Below are positions 56,601 to 64,000 of a stretch of 64,000 bases of DNA, piece by piece; positions within the stretch are counted from its first letter, which is position 1, and every line of letters begins with the position of its first letter. Location: NCBI GenBank assembly GCA_964525295.1, contig CAZGEO010000002.1:65230-129229 (forward strand). The letters run 5' to 3'. The DNA is from an uncultured Candidatus Saccharibacteria bacterium. Lineage in GTDB: Bacteria; Patescibacteriota; Dojkabacteria; GCA-002793355. The notes beneath the pieces are model-generated. The model was not told where the DNA came from. It saw only the letters and a program-made list of their open reading frames with translations, and did not search any database. The position numbers and the translations under genes are program-made.

Positions 56601-56796
56601 TTGGTGTCTTACCTTTTAATATTACAAAATCAGGTGCTCCAACTTTCTGTTGCTTCGGGTCGTTTACTGCATTAATGCCAGGGTTTAGTGTTTCTACAAG
56701 CGTTTCTAATGCTGGGCGGTAGGCGTGTTCACGTGCGTGACCGGTTTTGAATGTTTTAATGACTTCGTCTAAATATGATTGAACTGTGTTAGACAT
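53647..56796 (-). CDS. Type IIG restriction-modification enzyme of the MmeI family
   Basis: N-terminal PD-(D/E)xK region GHAREHAYRPALETL...PDFVI...GYIEAKD. SAM-binding VLDPATGTGTFL. N6-adenine MTase motif IV VMGNPPYSG. A C-terminal target-recognition region. Length 1049 aa. Confidence 0.8.
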   Translation of the reverse strand: MSNTVQSYLDEVIKTFKTGHAREHAYRPALETLVETLNPGINAVNDPKQQKVGAPDFVILKGKTPIGYIEAKDIDVDLDKEFKTKNQFNRYKASLNNLCFTNYLDYRFFLNGVEVQRIEIARLTNGNIEIIPENIPLLDSVLTNFTQKKSITIRSPKELASLMAEKAKMLKNVIYLSLSEVTAEKGPLEQQFDVFKQLLIRDLSLEQYSDIYAQTVAYGMFAARYHDSSLDTFTRDEANNLLPKSNPFLRNFFQTIAGYNIDERIIWIVDDIAELFNHVNVRELLENFGKETKRTDAIVHFYETFLAEYDQKMRKARGVYYTPEPVVDFIVRAVDDILKTEFGIADGLADTSKIEVEKELQGSKKKQKVSEHRVQVLDPATGTGTFLDHIIKHIYKTRFTGQAGAWQSYVDEHLLPRLHGFEILMASYSMAHLKLDITLAETGYEATKGKGKRLGVYLTNSLEEPGAHQQDMLSQWLTTESMEANEVKKEKPIMVVMGNPPYSGVSSNNGEWITKLIENYKYVDGVHFGEKKHWLQDDYVKFIRFAEWFIEKNGEGIIAYINNHGFLDNPTFRGMRNHLLKTFDKIYILDLHGNTKKKETSPDGTKDENVFDIMQGVSINFFIKSKKTKKTLAEVNHADLFGKRDSKYSVLNKSNIGSIQWTRLDYQSPEYFFVYKDNQLKGEYKNYIRIDSIFNRNVSGIVTMGDSFAISDNQESIISRLKDLQNTDYDETTFRTKYTLGKNYAKWIIQNKNTIAIDAEKTMAIAYRPFEKKYTYFDNKVLWRWRTEIMQNYVKGNNIGLLTTKALKDSSFAHAFITTSISEAIYLSGNTGSNAMNFPLYIYTDSQLDTTRRHPNLNQRFIDHIASKLKLNFIPDHEHADSGKEGTFNPLDVLDYIYAILHSPTYRERYKEFLKIDFPRIPFTSNQKLFWSLVEKGREIRQYHLMEHANSSSLVTQYPVAGENEVINPKYSENKVWINDTQYFDSVPKIAWEFYIGGYQPAQKWLKDRKGRKLSFDEVLHYQKIIVALVNTDRVMKEIDGLIKEWPMK

Positions 56797-56933
56797 AGGG
56801 GAATTATATGCCGAAAGCTTGGAAATGGCTAGGATTTTGTAAAAAGACGTGGGAGGATTTCACTACTCACTTTGCCCCCACCAAGAATTCGCCCTCCATT
56901 TGTTTCGCTCGTTGGGGCTCACTGTTTCATTTT

Positions 56934-59231
56934 CTAAATAGTGTTGGTTATGGAGGGGCCAGCTGACATATTCCATATGTCTTTAACGAAATTGTCAATA
57001 TCGGATGGTAAAACCACTTTCTTCAGCATTGGCAAGATGTTGTCGTTATAATGAGGTGATGAGGTCGATAGTTCATCTCTCCAATTCCATACTTTGGAAA
57101 CAATTTCTAAACCATCTAAATATTTCTTATCAATAAAATCTTTATACTTAATTTTGTATTCGCTATCATGTTTTTGGAGGAAACTTTTAATAAATTCGAA
57201 AACTGAATTATATTTATTATGTGTGAGAACCCCAATGTAACTAAGATATATTGCTGATTTGGGCTCGTCTGTATGCAAATCTGCGGCATGAAGGTGCTTT
57301 TCAATCATGTAAGTTAGAGTCTTTACGCTTTTCATAATAGTATCCTCACTATGATTATCAATGATTAATTTTATTGCAATGAATGTAGTTAACTGGAAAT
57401 ATGCTTCAATATTACTGAATTTCTCTTTTGGAATAATAAACCACGAGGAAAGGCTTGAATAGTCATTAATCAAGCGGTCAATATTTGAGATGTAATCAGG
57501 TTTTTTAATATTCGATCTAACTAAAAATAAAAGTTGTATCAGCTGTATTAAGTATTTACCTACGAGACTAAGAATATCAGAGTAAATATCAGTGGTCTCA
57601 CGGACATAGGACCTAAGGGAGAATGCCAATTCTTCATAAAAAGTTAATGCATTTTCTAGTACCTGTTCACTTTTAAGCGCATTTTTCGCAATTGATGTAT
57701 AAACGGAATTAATTAGCCACATATTGAAAATGTAAATGAACATACTATGATATGCACTTCCTCTTTTTACTTGCTGAATAAAGTCAGTGTATTTAAAGAA
57801 TAGTTTCAGAAAATCCGCTATGTTCGATTTCGCTGTAGAAATTGGTACAAAGAGAGATGCATTTAATGTAAATACAATAGTTTTAAAAACAGTTTGAACT
57901 ATTATTTGCTGTTCGTGTGTAATACCCCATTGAATTATTTCTTCTAATGATTCAATGACATTCGGAGCCAACAACTGATCTCTGTAACCAACAGTTTGAA
58001 TGGAGATGTTGTTTAATGAAACTTCTGCTTGATAAATGGATTCAAGGTTATTTGAAACAAGAATTTCTGATATTAGTGTCTTAAAGTAATGAAAGATTTG
58101 AAATGAAATGGGATTATCACCTAGCAGATCGTTTTTTCCATAACTTAATTTCAGTGATTCTAAAACTAGGCTTTCGTAGGTTTTAATCACACATCTCATA
58201 CTAGTTTCCTTTTGAGCAATCAGAAGCCTTTTTGCGAATCTGTTGAAATCTTCAAAGAAGTTCATGAACAATTCTTGGCTATCGCTATTAAATGTCAGCA
58301 GCCCATCCTTTGCTAACTCTTTTGATGAATTCCCTTTTCTTAACTGCAGGTACTGGTATAAAATTCTTGCTACTGAATCAATAGCTTGATTCGTTTGGAA
58401 ATCCTTCTGTTTTTCTGACAATTGTGTCGCAATCTCTATCATGCCTTGAAGGTTATCAAAAAGATATTTGAAATTTGTTTTTTCAGCAGAACCATAAACG
58501 AACTTGGTGATTTCTTCATTAGAGTAGTTGCTGTTTGCACTAATTACTTTTATGAAATGCTCAGCATCAATTTTGATTGTTTTTAATAGATTGCTACACT
58601 CATTTTCTAAATACTTGATTGCATTAGTTGGATTAACTTTCTGTGAGGTAGATTGGTGTAAGAAATCTATCAATATAAGAGCAAGAGTAATTAAAGAGAT
58701 TGCTGTAGCAGTAAAGAGTTTTATCCATGCTAAGTAAGTAGTGGTACCAGAAGTGAGAAAACCAATAAATAGAAAAAGTATAGTTATCGTTGCAAGATAC
58801 CTATAAATCTGTTGGTCACGTTTATCATGAATATACTTTTCGTAAAAAGAGCTAGACTGCAACTCATTTACACTTTGCTGAAGAAAATTGGTAAGAGAAT
58901 ATACTATTGCGATGATACCACCCATCATGCTACCTATTGCGAAATATCCGTTTGATAATGCCGAATAGTTTTCAAAGACAGGAAAATAAAAATATGTAAG
59001 AAACGAAAGTGTTAAACCAATAATAATTATTGTAATTCTAATAATATTCCGTGAATTCAGATCCCAAATTGAAATTGTTAGCAACCATCGCGATCTGGTT
59101 TTGTATAAGAATACCAAAAACTTAGCTCTTATTGATTTAACAAATATCTGTGCCGCGGATATTAGTGTTTTAATCCTAGCTATGATTTGGTTTTTTGATT
59201 TTTCGCGAATTGTTTTAATTGTGTTGGACAT
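56934..59231 (-). CDS. Hypothetical membrane-anchored protein, 765 aa
   Basis: Four or five N-terminal TM helices are followed by a roughly 560-aa predicted alpha-rich soluble domain. No recognisable motif. Very AT-rich. Confidence 0.55.
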   Translation of the reverse strand: MSNTIKTIREKSKNQIIARIKTLISAAQIFVKSIRAKFLVFLYKTRSRWLLTISIWDLNSRNIIRITIIIIGLTLSFLTYFYFPVFENYSALSNGYFAIGSMMGGIIAIVYSLTNFLQQSVNELQSSSFYEKYIHDKRDQQIYRYLATITILFLFIGFLTSGTTTYLAWIKLFTATAISLITLALILIDFLHQSTSQKVNPTNAIKYLENECSNLLKTIKIDAEHFIKVISANSNYSNEEITKFVYGSAEKTNFKYLFDNLQGMIEIATQLSEKQKDFQTNQAIDSVARILYQYLQLRKGNSSKELAKDGLLTFNSDSQELFMNFFEDFNRFAKRLLIAQKETSMRCVIKTYESLVLESLKLSYGKNDLLGDNPISFQIFHYFKTLISEILVSNNLESIYQAEVSLNNISIQTVGYRDQLLAPNVIESLEEIIQWGITHEQQIIVQTVFKTIVFTLNASLFVPISTAKSNIADFLKLFFKYTDFIQQVKRGSAYHSMFIYIFNMWLINSVYTSIAKNALKSEQVLENALTFYEELAFSLRSYVRETTDIYSDILSLVGKYLIQLIQLLFLVRSNIKKPDYISNIDRLINDYSSLSSWFIIPKEKFSNIEAYFQLTTFIAIKLIIDNHSEDTIMKSVKTLTYMIEKHLHAADLHTDEPKSAIYLSYIGVLTHNKYNSVFEFIKSFLQKHDSEYKIKYKDFIDKKYLDGLEIVSKVWNWRDELSTSSPHYNDNILPMLKKVVLPSDIDNFVKDIWNMSAGPSITNTI

Positions 59232-59372
59232 ACATATAATTATAACCTAAATGTCCCACCATTATCATTATTTGAATATTTTTTTAATTCATTCAAAATG
59301 AACTGCACGTTTTTATTAATCAACTCAGAATCACTGTTACAACAAATGAGATTATCAAATTAGTAATAGGCT

Positions 59373-59416
59373 GGGGTTTCGGTCACCTTGCGGAAGTTTT
59401 GTTCACTTCGTTTCAC
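59373..59416. repeat. Copy 1 of a 44-bp direct repeat; the partner copy is at 62756-62799
   Basis: About 40 of 44 nt are identical, with the core CGGTCACCT(T/C)GCGGAAGTTTTGTTCACTTCG. It overlaps the stop codon of the Abi_C gene. Confidence 0.7.
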
Positions 59417-60195
59417 ACGGTATTGATCGTGCCTTTAATTGAGAGTGGATTGAAGTGATGAAAGTCTAAGATGAAGATCCCAAGAGATCCGCAAAGGTTA
59501 ACTGCAAGCTCTGCATATTTTGGATCGGTTATTTCTACACCAGCAATTTGTCCGTGTCTATTTCCATCACTGTTTGAAAGTGTAGACAGAGCGTTTACTA
59601 TTGATGCAATTCCCTTTATGAACTGGTGCTCGTTTTGATAGTCAGCGATATTTAATCCCACCGCTTGTTCGGTATCCTTGAGTAATTCTGATAATTCACC
59701 CGTATATTTATTGGACATACCTCTTTCGTTCAATATTGTTCTACATAATGTTTCCAACATTGTTCTAGCACTGGTAATAGCTTCAGCAGGATTTGAAATA
59801 ATCTTATTGCTTGCGGTTATCCAGTCTTCTCTATAAGTATTTTCCATTAGATGAGAAAACTTCAATCCAATTGGATTGGAGCCGAAAGGAGCATAAAGGA
59901 CTTCGGTTAAGTAATGAATTTCTTGAGGTGTGGGATAGGAATACTTCATATCTAAAGGGGTTTTTATAAGTGTGTCTAGAGCATAAAACTGTTCCTTTGC
60001 TGGAAGACTAAGTATTACCTCAGTAAAAAGTTCTTCCCTTTTGGGAGTTATTGAATACGCTGTTAAAGGTTTAATACTTTTTGAGTAGTTAGTTGAGAAT
60101 GAAAGGATTTCCTTAAGAGAAAATCCTTTGCCCGCACCTGCAAAATACGATGCAAAAATTTCGATTCTTGCCCGTTCAAGTTTTTCTATAGCCAT
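59413..60195 (-). CDS. Abi_C-like abortive-infection C-terminal-domain protein
   Basis: TMLETLCRTILNERG and NALSTLSNSDGNRHG resemble the conserved Abi_C motifs. Confidence 0.5.
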   Translation of the reverse strand: MAIEKLERARIEIFASYFAGAGKGFSLKEILSFSTNYSKSIKPLTAYSITPKREELFTEVILSLPAKEQFYALDTLIKTPLDMKYSYPTPQEIHYLTEVLYAPFGSNPIGLKFSHLMENTYREDWITASNKIISNPAEAITSARTMLETLCRTILNERGMSNKYTGELSELLKDTEQAVGLNIADYQNEHQFIKGIASIVNALSTLSNSDGNRHGQIAGVEITDPKYAELAVNLCGSLGIFILDFHHFNPLSIKGTINTV

Positions 60196-60199
60196 AGTG

Positions 60200-61003
60200 T
60201 TATTTGATTAGATCCCATTTATTTAGATAATAGCTCATATCGTTCTCCTTTTTCCCGATATATGGCTTTTCTTCATTGAATTTTATGGCGACTGCATATC
60301 TAGATTTATCTTTCATTGTAAATATGTACTTTTCAGTCACTAATTTCTCTACGACATGAGCAGGAAGAATCATATAATTGTCCGAACTATCACCATGAAG
60401 TACAAAGACATAGAAGATGTTGCTTTCGTTATAGCGGTCAAAAGAAGCCTTTCTAATCGTTAAGGGGTAGGTGTTAACCTTATTAAGGTTAGAAGTCTTT
60501 ACCTGTATTCCATAAAATTTTGCCTTTTTCGTTGCGACTATATCAAGTCCGACATCGACAGACATGATACTTGCATTGAATCCTAGAAATAAAAGTTTGG
60601 AGCAGACCAAGTGTTCTCCACCCTTGCCTGTGTAGCCACTCTCAAGCTTCTCTTTCGCTTCAAGTTTCTGGAGTTGCTTTGCCGCTTTGTCTGTTTTGGA
60701 AATCTTTACATCGTCATTAAGAATGTAAAGTCCCTTATCATTTCGTTTGAAAGTTGCGTTATCTCCATTTAATTTGATATCGACAGTAATTACTGCACTC
60801 ATTGTGTTTTCGGGGCGTTTTGATCCAGTTACAAGTAAACCTTTTTCAAGTGCCAGTTTTGTGATCTGCAAAACAGACAAGCCATCTTCATTTTGGCGCA
60901 ATATTTTAGTTGCGGCCTCTTTGTAAGCATTCATATTGGAATTATATTCTTTTCCTGTTTCGGTTGCTATGATTACTGGAACCTGAGAGAATATCTGCGG
61001 CAA
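60200..61003 (-). CDS. Mrr-like restriction endonuclease (HARE-HTH N-domain plus Mrr_cat PD-(D/E)xK domain), a putative Type IV enzyme
   Basis: N-terminal AATKILRQNEDGLSVLQITKLALEKGLL...FKRNDKGLYIL matches the HARE-HTH/Mrr_N domain. C-terminal GGEHLVCSKLLFLGF...SVDVGLDIVA...GIQVKT follows the Mrr catalytic pattern. Confidence 0.6.
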   Translation of the reverse strand: MPQIFSQVPVIIATETGKEYNSNMNAYKEAATKILRQNEDGLSVLQITKLALEKGLLVTGSKRPENTMSAVITVDIKLNGDNATFKRNDKGLYILNDDVKISKTDKAAKQLQKLEAKEKLESGYTGKGGEHLVCSKLLFLGFNASIMSVDVGLDIVATKKAKFYGIQVKTSNLNKVNTYPLTIRKASFDRYNESNIFYVFVLHGDSSDNYMILPAHVVEKLVTEKYIFTMKDKSRYAVAIKFNEEKPYIGKKENDMSYYLNKWDLIK

Positions 61004-61104
61004 TTCTTGAATTAGAGCATCTGCAAGCTCTCGAACTCCCTAAAGTTGCCAATCACCCCCCAAAAGTTTATACTCAACGGCAAATATATAAAAAATTACA
61101 AAAA

Positions 61105-61977
61105 ATGAAGCCTAATCCTTTCTTTTTAAAGTTAATTATTATAATTACACTGACGATAGTTGTTTATACCATTGTTGCAGTTGTTAATTTATTTCTCCCC
61201 CCTAAACGCCCGGGTGAATTACTCTCTTTAGAAAAGGCCTGTTCGTTAGAGTCAAAGGGGAAACGGGTAACAGTAGATGGTTTTCTTAGACTAAATAGTA
61301 AAGTTGTGACTTGTAGATCAACCTCGTGTAATATGATTTTTTCGGAATATCCATCAATCTTTGAGCTCGATGGAAGTGAAGTTGTTGTGTGGGTTACCGT
61401 GGGAGACGATAATAATGAGGCTGTTGACTACCCGAAAGGTATATACGTTACCAGTACTTTCAAAGTAAAAACTAATACAGGTGAAATACTAACGAACGAG
61501 CGTGTGAGAATAACAGGAAGAGCGAGGACGGGCAAGGATTTCTGTGAATTGGATATTGATTTAATTGAAAGGGCTCCCGAACCAGTTGCAAAAGAAGTTG
61601 CCCTTGAAAACCTGTGTAACGATGACCTCGACCGAGAAAAGATTTCTTTTTCAGGTTTCTTACGTCCATCGAAAGACGGGTTGAGCGCTATTGGTTATAC
61701 TGATCTTTCTGTGAGTGCCAAAGCAAGCGGTGGAACAGAGTATATGATTAATTTGCCAATTAAGGCTACGAACCGAGAACAAATAAAGCCCAAGTATCCA
61801 ATGCTTTATCCTGAAGGGACTATGTTTTCGGGTGAAGTCATTTCGCTCAATATTGGCGAAGACAAGGTAGTTGAGATAAAGAATAAAGAATTCAAGTTCG
61901 AGGCCTACCAGTACAAAATTCAAAAAGATCAGGAAAAGAAGTGTTATGTGTTGGTTGAGAGGATTGAGGAGATGTGA
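61105..61977 (+). CDS. Hypothetical membrane-anchored protein with two internal repeats of about 100 aa
   Basis: N-terminal TM helix. Repeats begin RVTVDGFLRLNSK... and KISFSGFLRPSKDG.... Confidence 0.5.
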   Translation: MKPNPFFLKLIIIITLTIVVYTIVAVVNLFLPPKRPGELLSLEKACSLESKGKRVTVDGFLRLNSKVVTCRSTSCNMIFSEYPSIFELDGSEVVVWVTVGDDNNEAVDYPKGIYVTSTFKVKTNTGEILTNERVRITGRARTGKDFCELDIDLIERAPEPVAKEVALENLCNDDLDREKISFSGFLRPSKDGLSAIGYTDLSVSAKASGGTEYMINLPIKATNREQIKPKYPMLYPEGTMFSGEVISLNIGEDKVVEIKNKEFKFEAYQYKIQKDQEKKCYVLVERIEEM

Positions 61978-62096
61978 GGGGAAAATCTGGATCGACGGCT
62001 TTATTCGAAAAGCTTTGTGATTGAAATGGTGCAATGGATTATAAAGAATTTTAAACTTTGGTAGAATAAGTACTAATTGGAACTTTATATAAATAA

Positions 62097-62720
62097 TTGC
62101 GTATGTCGTTAAATTTGCTGGTGTTAGGCGTATTTGATTTACTTATTGTTTGCTATGTAATCTTTCTGATTCAGCAAGCGATTGCATTCAAAGCAAAATA
62201 TGGATATTTATGTGAGGCAAGTGGCCTAGGTGAAGTCAAAAATGCTCAATATAAAACTTACAATCTAGGTTATTTCCTGTTTGGCTTTATAAGCCTGGCT
62301 TTTACATATAATTTGCATCAGATACTTATTCCAGGCGTAATTACAAATATTGCGATCGCGTTAGTGTATATTGCAGGTGTGGCACTTTGTTTGATTGCAG
62401 TATTCCCTCGCGATACCTTCCATACTGAGCATACGTTAGCGAGTACTGTAATGTTTTTTTGTGCTGTTATATCTATGCCTCTACTGGTAATTCCGTTTTT
62501 ACAAACGCCTGCAATCTCAAGAGCAATTGTTCCATTTAACATCATTATCCCCGCATTGTTGCTGTACTATCTTTTCTTGAAATTCAAAAATTTTAAAAAA
62601 TATGGAGAAATTGATAATGAAATGGAGCGGTATGTGAGTATCTGGGAATGGATACCCTTTATATCTGCGTATTGTTGGTTCTTTGCATTAAATACAGTAA
62701 TTATATTGAGGCTTTTGTAA
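62097..62720 (+). CDS. Hypothetical polytopic membrane protein, 207 aa
   Basis: Five or six predicted TM helices. No recognisable motif. Confidence 0.5.
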   Translation: MRMSLNLLVLGVFDLLIVCYVIFLIQQAIAFKAKYGYLCEASGLGEVKNAQYKTYNLGYFLFGFISLAFTYNLHQILIPGVITNIAIALVYIAGVALCLIAVFPRDTFHTEHTLASTVMFFCAVISMPLLVIPFLQTPAISRAIVPFNIIIPALLLYYLFLKFKNFKKYGEIDNEMERYVSIWEWIPFISAYCWFFALNTVIILRLL

Positions 62721-62755
62721 GGAAAGTTATTATTTGTTTGTTCCTAGCATTAAAG

Positions 62756-62799
62756 GGGGATTCGGTCACCTCGCGGAAGTTTTGTTCACTTCGCTTCAA
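62756..62799. repeat. Copy 2 of the 44-bp direct repeat
   Basis: Matches copy 1 at 59373-59416. Confidence 0.7.
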
Positions 62800-62825
62800 A
62801 ACATCACGCTCCTCGACCCCCGGTT

Positions 62826-62989
62826 CGCTCGACAACAAATTGTTGTTGTCTTACTCCCGCTTCGAATCCCACAACATTTTTTATCTTTTCCTCTCCTAAT
62901 TACTCCGTTTTTGTTCTTTTTCGGTTCCTGACCGTAACGAAAAATAGCGGTGCTGTTTTGCGTAGGGAAGGAGAGAAAAAGATAAAAAC
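62826..62989 (-). ncRNA. Structured element trailing tRNA-Ser: long stem (62877-62896 / 62970-62989) and hairpin GACAACAACAATTTGTTGTC at 62829-62849
   Basis: Same architecture as the element trailing tRNA-Leu, with the same 24-nt motif and ACCGAAAAAGAAC 13-mer. The T-loop-like fragment TTCGAATCCC matches tRNA-Ser's own T-loop. Confidence 0.5.
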
Positions 62990-63076
62990 GGAGAAGGCGG
63001 GATTCGAACCCGCGATACCCGTAATGGGTATACTCCCTTTCCAGGGGAGCCCTTTCAACCACTCAGGCACCTCTCC
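62989..63076 (-). tRNA. tRNA-Ser(GGA), a type II tRNA
   Basis: Minus-strand cloverleaf with acceptor GGAGAGG / CTTCTCC. Anticodon stem CTCCC/GGGAG with loop CTGGAAA. Long variable arm TACCCATTACGGGTA. T-arm GCGGGTTCGAATCCCGC. Confidence 0.85.
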
Positions 63077-63098
63077 AAAGTTTTCTTAGTGTTGTGAA

Positions 63099-63848
63099 TT
63101 ATACCTTATGCTTAAGAAAATCGGTAACCTGCGAAATTACCTCATCTTTCTTGCTGAACATAAGATCGTGCCCGTCGTTTTCAAACGTTATTACGCGCTT
63201 ATTAGGCACTCTTTGTAAAAGTTTCAGCTGTTGTTTATATGGAAGTAGTACATCTTTTTTTCCAAGGAAGACAAGTTTTTCAGTTGCATCAGTCTTTTCT
63301 AGGGGAATTGTGAAATCTTTTGTAAGCATGTGCCCTTGTTGTTGAATTTGTGACATGGCTGGTAGTGAATCCTTAAGCTTTTCTAAAAAAGGTTGCAGGT
63401 CTTTATTGGGGCGAACTTTCCCTTTCACATAATTTATGGTCACTTTTGCAGCAAGTTCGGCTTGGGTGCAAGGAAAGGTAGTAAGCACAGGTGCGAATAG
63501 AACACTCTTCTTAATAAGTTTTGGGGTAGTGGCTGAAAGTGCCAGTGCAATTCCTCCGCCCATTGAATGCCCAATTACAGAGTTTTCTTCGAAATCAAAA
63601 TGTTTTACAACCGTTTGCATATATTCAACGTAATAGGGGATTGAGATTGGTACTGTAGGTGACGTTTTACTCGAAAAACCGGGCGAGTTTATTGCAATGA
63701 CGAGAAAATGTTGTGCTAGTGCGCGAAAAAACGAGCCATAGTGAGAAATTTCTGCTCCTCCACCGGGAAAAAAGAAGACAGGATCTCCGCTCCCGTAGGT
63801 TTCATAATTAACTTCAAGTTTTTCGGGTGTGGTAATTGTAAGAAACAT
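63099..63848 (-). CDS. Alpha/beta-hydrolase fold protein
   Basis: Nucleophile elbow GHSMGG (GxSxG) and an N-terminal HGxGG-like oxyanion region PGGGAE. Confidence 0.75.
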   Translation of the reverse strand: MFLTITTPEKLEVNYETYGSGDPVFFFPGGGAEISHYGSFFRALAQHFLVIAINSPGFSSKTSPTVPISIPYYVEYMQTVVKHFDFEENSVIGHSMGGGIALALSATTPKLIKKSVLFAPVLTTFPCTQAELAAKVTINYVKGKVRPNKDLQPFLEKLKDSLPAMSQIQQQGHMLTKDFTIPLEKTDATEKLVFLGKKDVLLPYKQQLKLLQRVPNKRVITFENDGHDLMFSKKDEVISQVTDFLKHKV

Positions 63849-64000
63849 TCTGCTGAATTATACCTCACATAGAGAAAATTGCCAGAAGAGAGTCAATTTT
63901 CAACTTATATTGTAAAAGGAATTTCACTCCACTATATTGATAATTGAAAATTGAGAATTGGTAATTGTTTAGCACTTGACAGCCCAGACTGCTAACCTTA

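Noticed and set aside
1-64000. CRISPR array, transposase, integrase or prophage genes
   Set aside because: No regularly spaced short repeats were seen. No DDE, serine or tyrosine recombinase signatures were recognised in any long ORF. The direct repeats found are single pairs flanking genes, not arrays.
1-64000. Alternative genetic code with UGA recoding, as in some small-genome lineages
   Set aside because: Confident genes such as rnj, mutS, truB and the Type IIG enzyme are uninterrupted under the standard code, so there is no need to invoke recoding.

Overview
Low-GC bacterial window of about 64 kb that reads cleanly in the standard genetic code. The taxon cannot be assigned from sequence; the small, tightly packed genes and frequent leaderless-type promoters fit a small-genome lineage such as Patescibacteria, but that is a guess.

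Housekeeping genes recognised by motif:
- RNase J, an FtsA/PilM-like actin-fold ATPase, MutS, TatD, HrcA, TruB, bL21 and bL27.
- Signal peptidase I, MscL, an LCP-family protein, an ECF sigma factor, an FKBP and an Ldh_2 dehydrogenase.
- tRNA-Leu(TAG), tRNA-Glu(TTC) and tRNA-Ser(GGA).

Accessory and unusual content:
1. An LmbE-like deacetylase next to a BshA/MshA-like GT4 glycosyltransferase.
2. An 8.5-kb block (10955-19435) of six uncharacterised proteins. Two have protein-kinase-fold signatures, one of them an APH-like apparent pseudokinase. A 683-aa gene in the block is bracketed by 56-bp direct repeats, which are a duplicated 3' end of the neighbouring gene.
3. A PEP-utilising enzyme whose phospho-carrier His is replaced by Asp.
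4. A four-gene carotenoid operon (polyprenyl synthase, phytoene synthase, phytoene desaturase, lycopene-cyclase-domain protein).
5. A defence island (53647-62720): an MmeI-like Type IIG restriction-modification enzyme, an unknown 765-aa membrane protein, an Abi_C protein and a HARE-HTH + Mrr-like nuclease. The last two, plus two unknown membrane proteins, sit in a cassette delimited by 44-bp direct repeats.
6. A structured element of roughly 170-210 nt immediately 3' of both tRNA-Leu and tRNA-Ser. The two copies share a 24-nt exact hairpin motif, a 13-mer, and a long stem whose sequence differs between copies while the pairing is kept.
7. A perfect consensus promoter driving a 29-codon hydrophobic sORF that ends at a strong intrinsic terminator.

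No CRISPR array, integrase or transposase was recognised.
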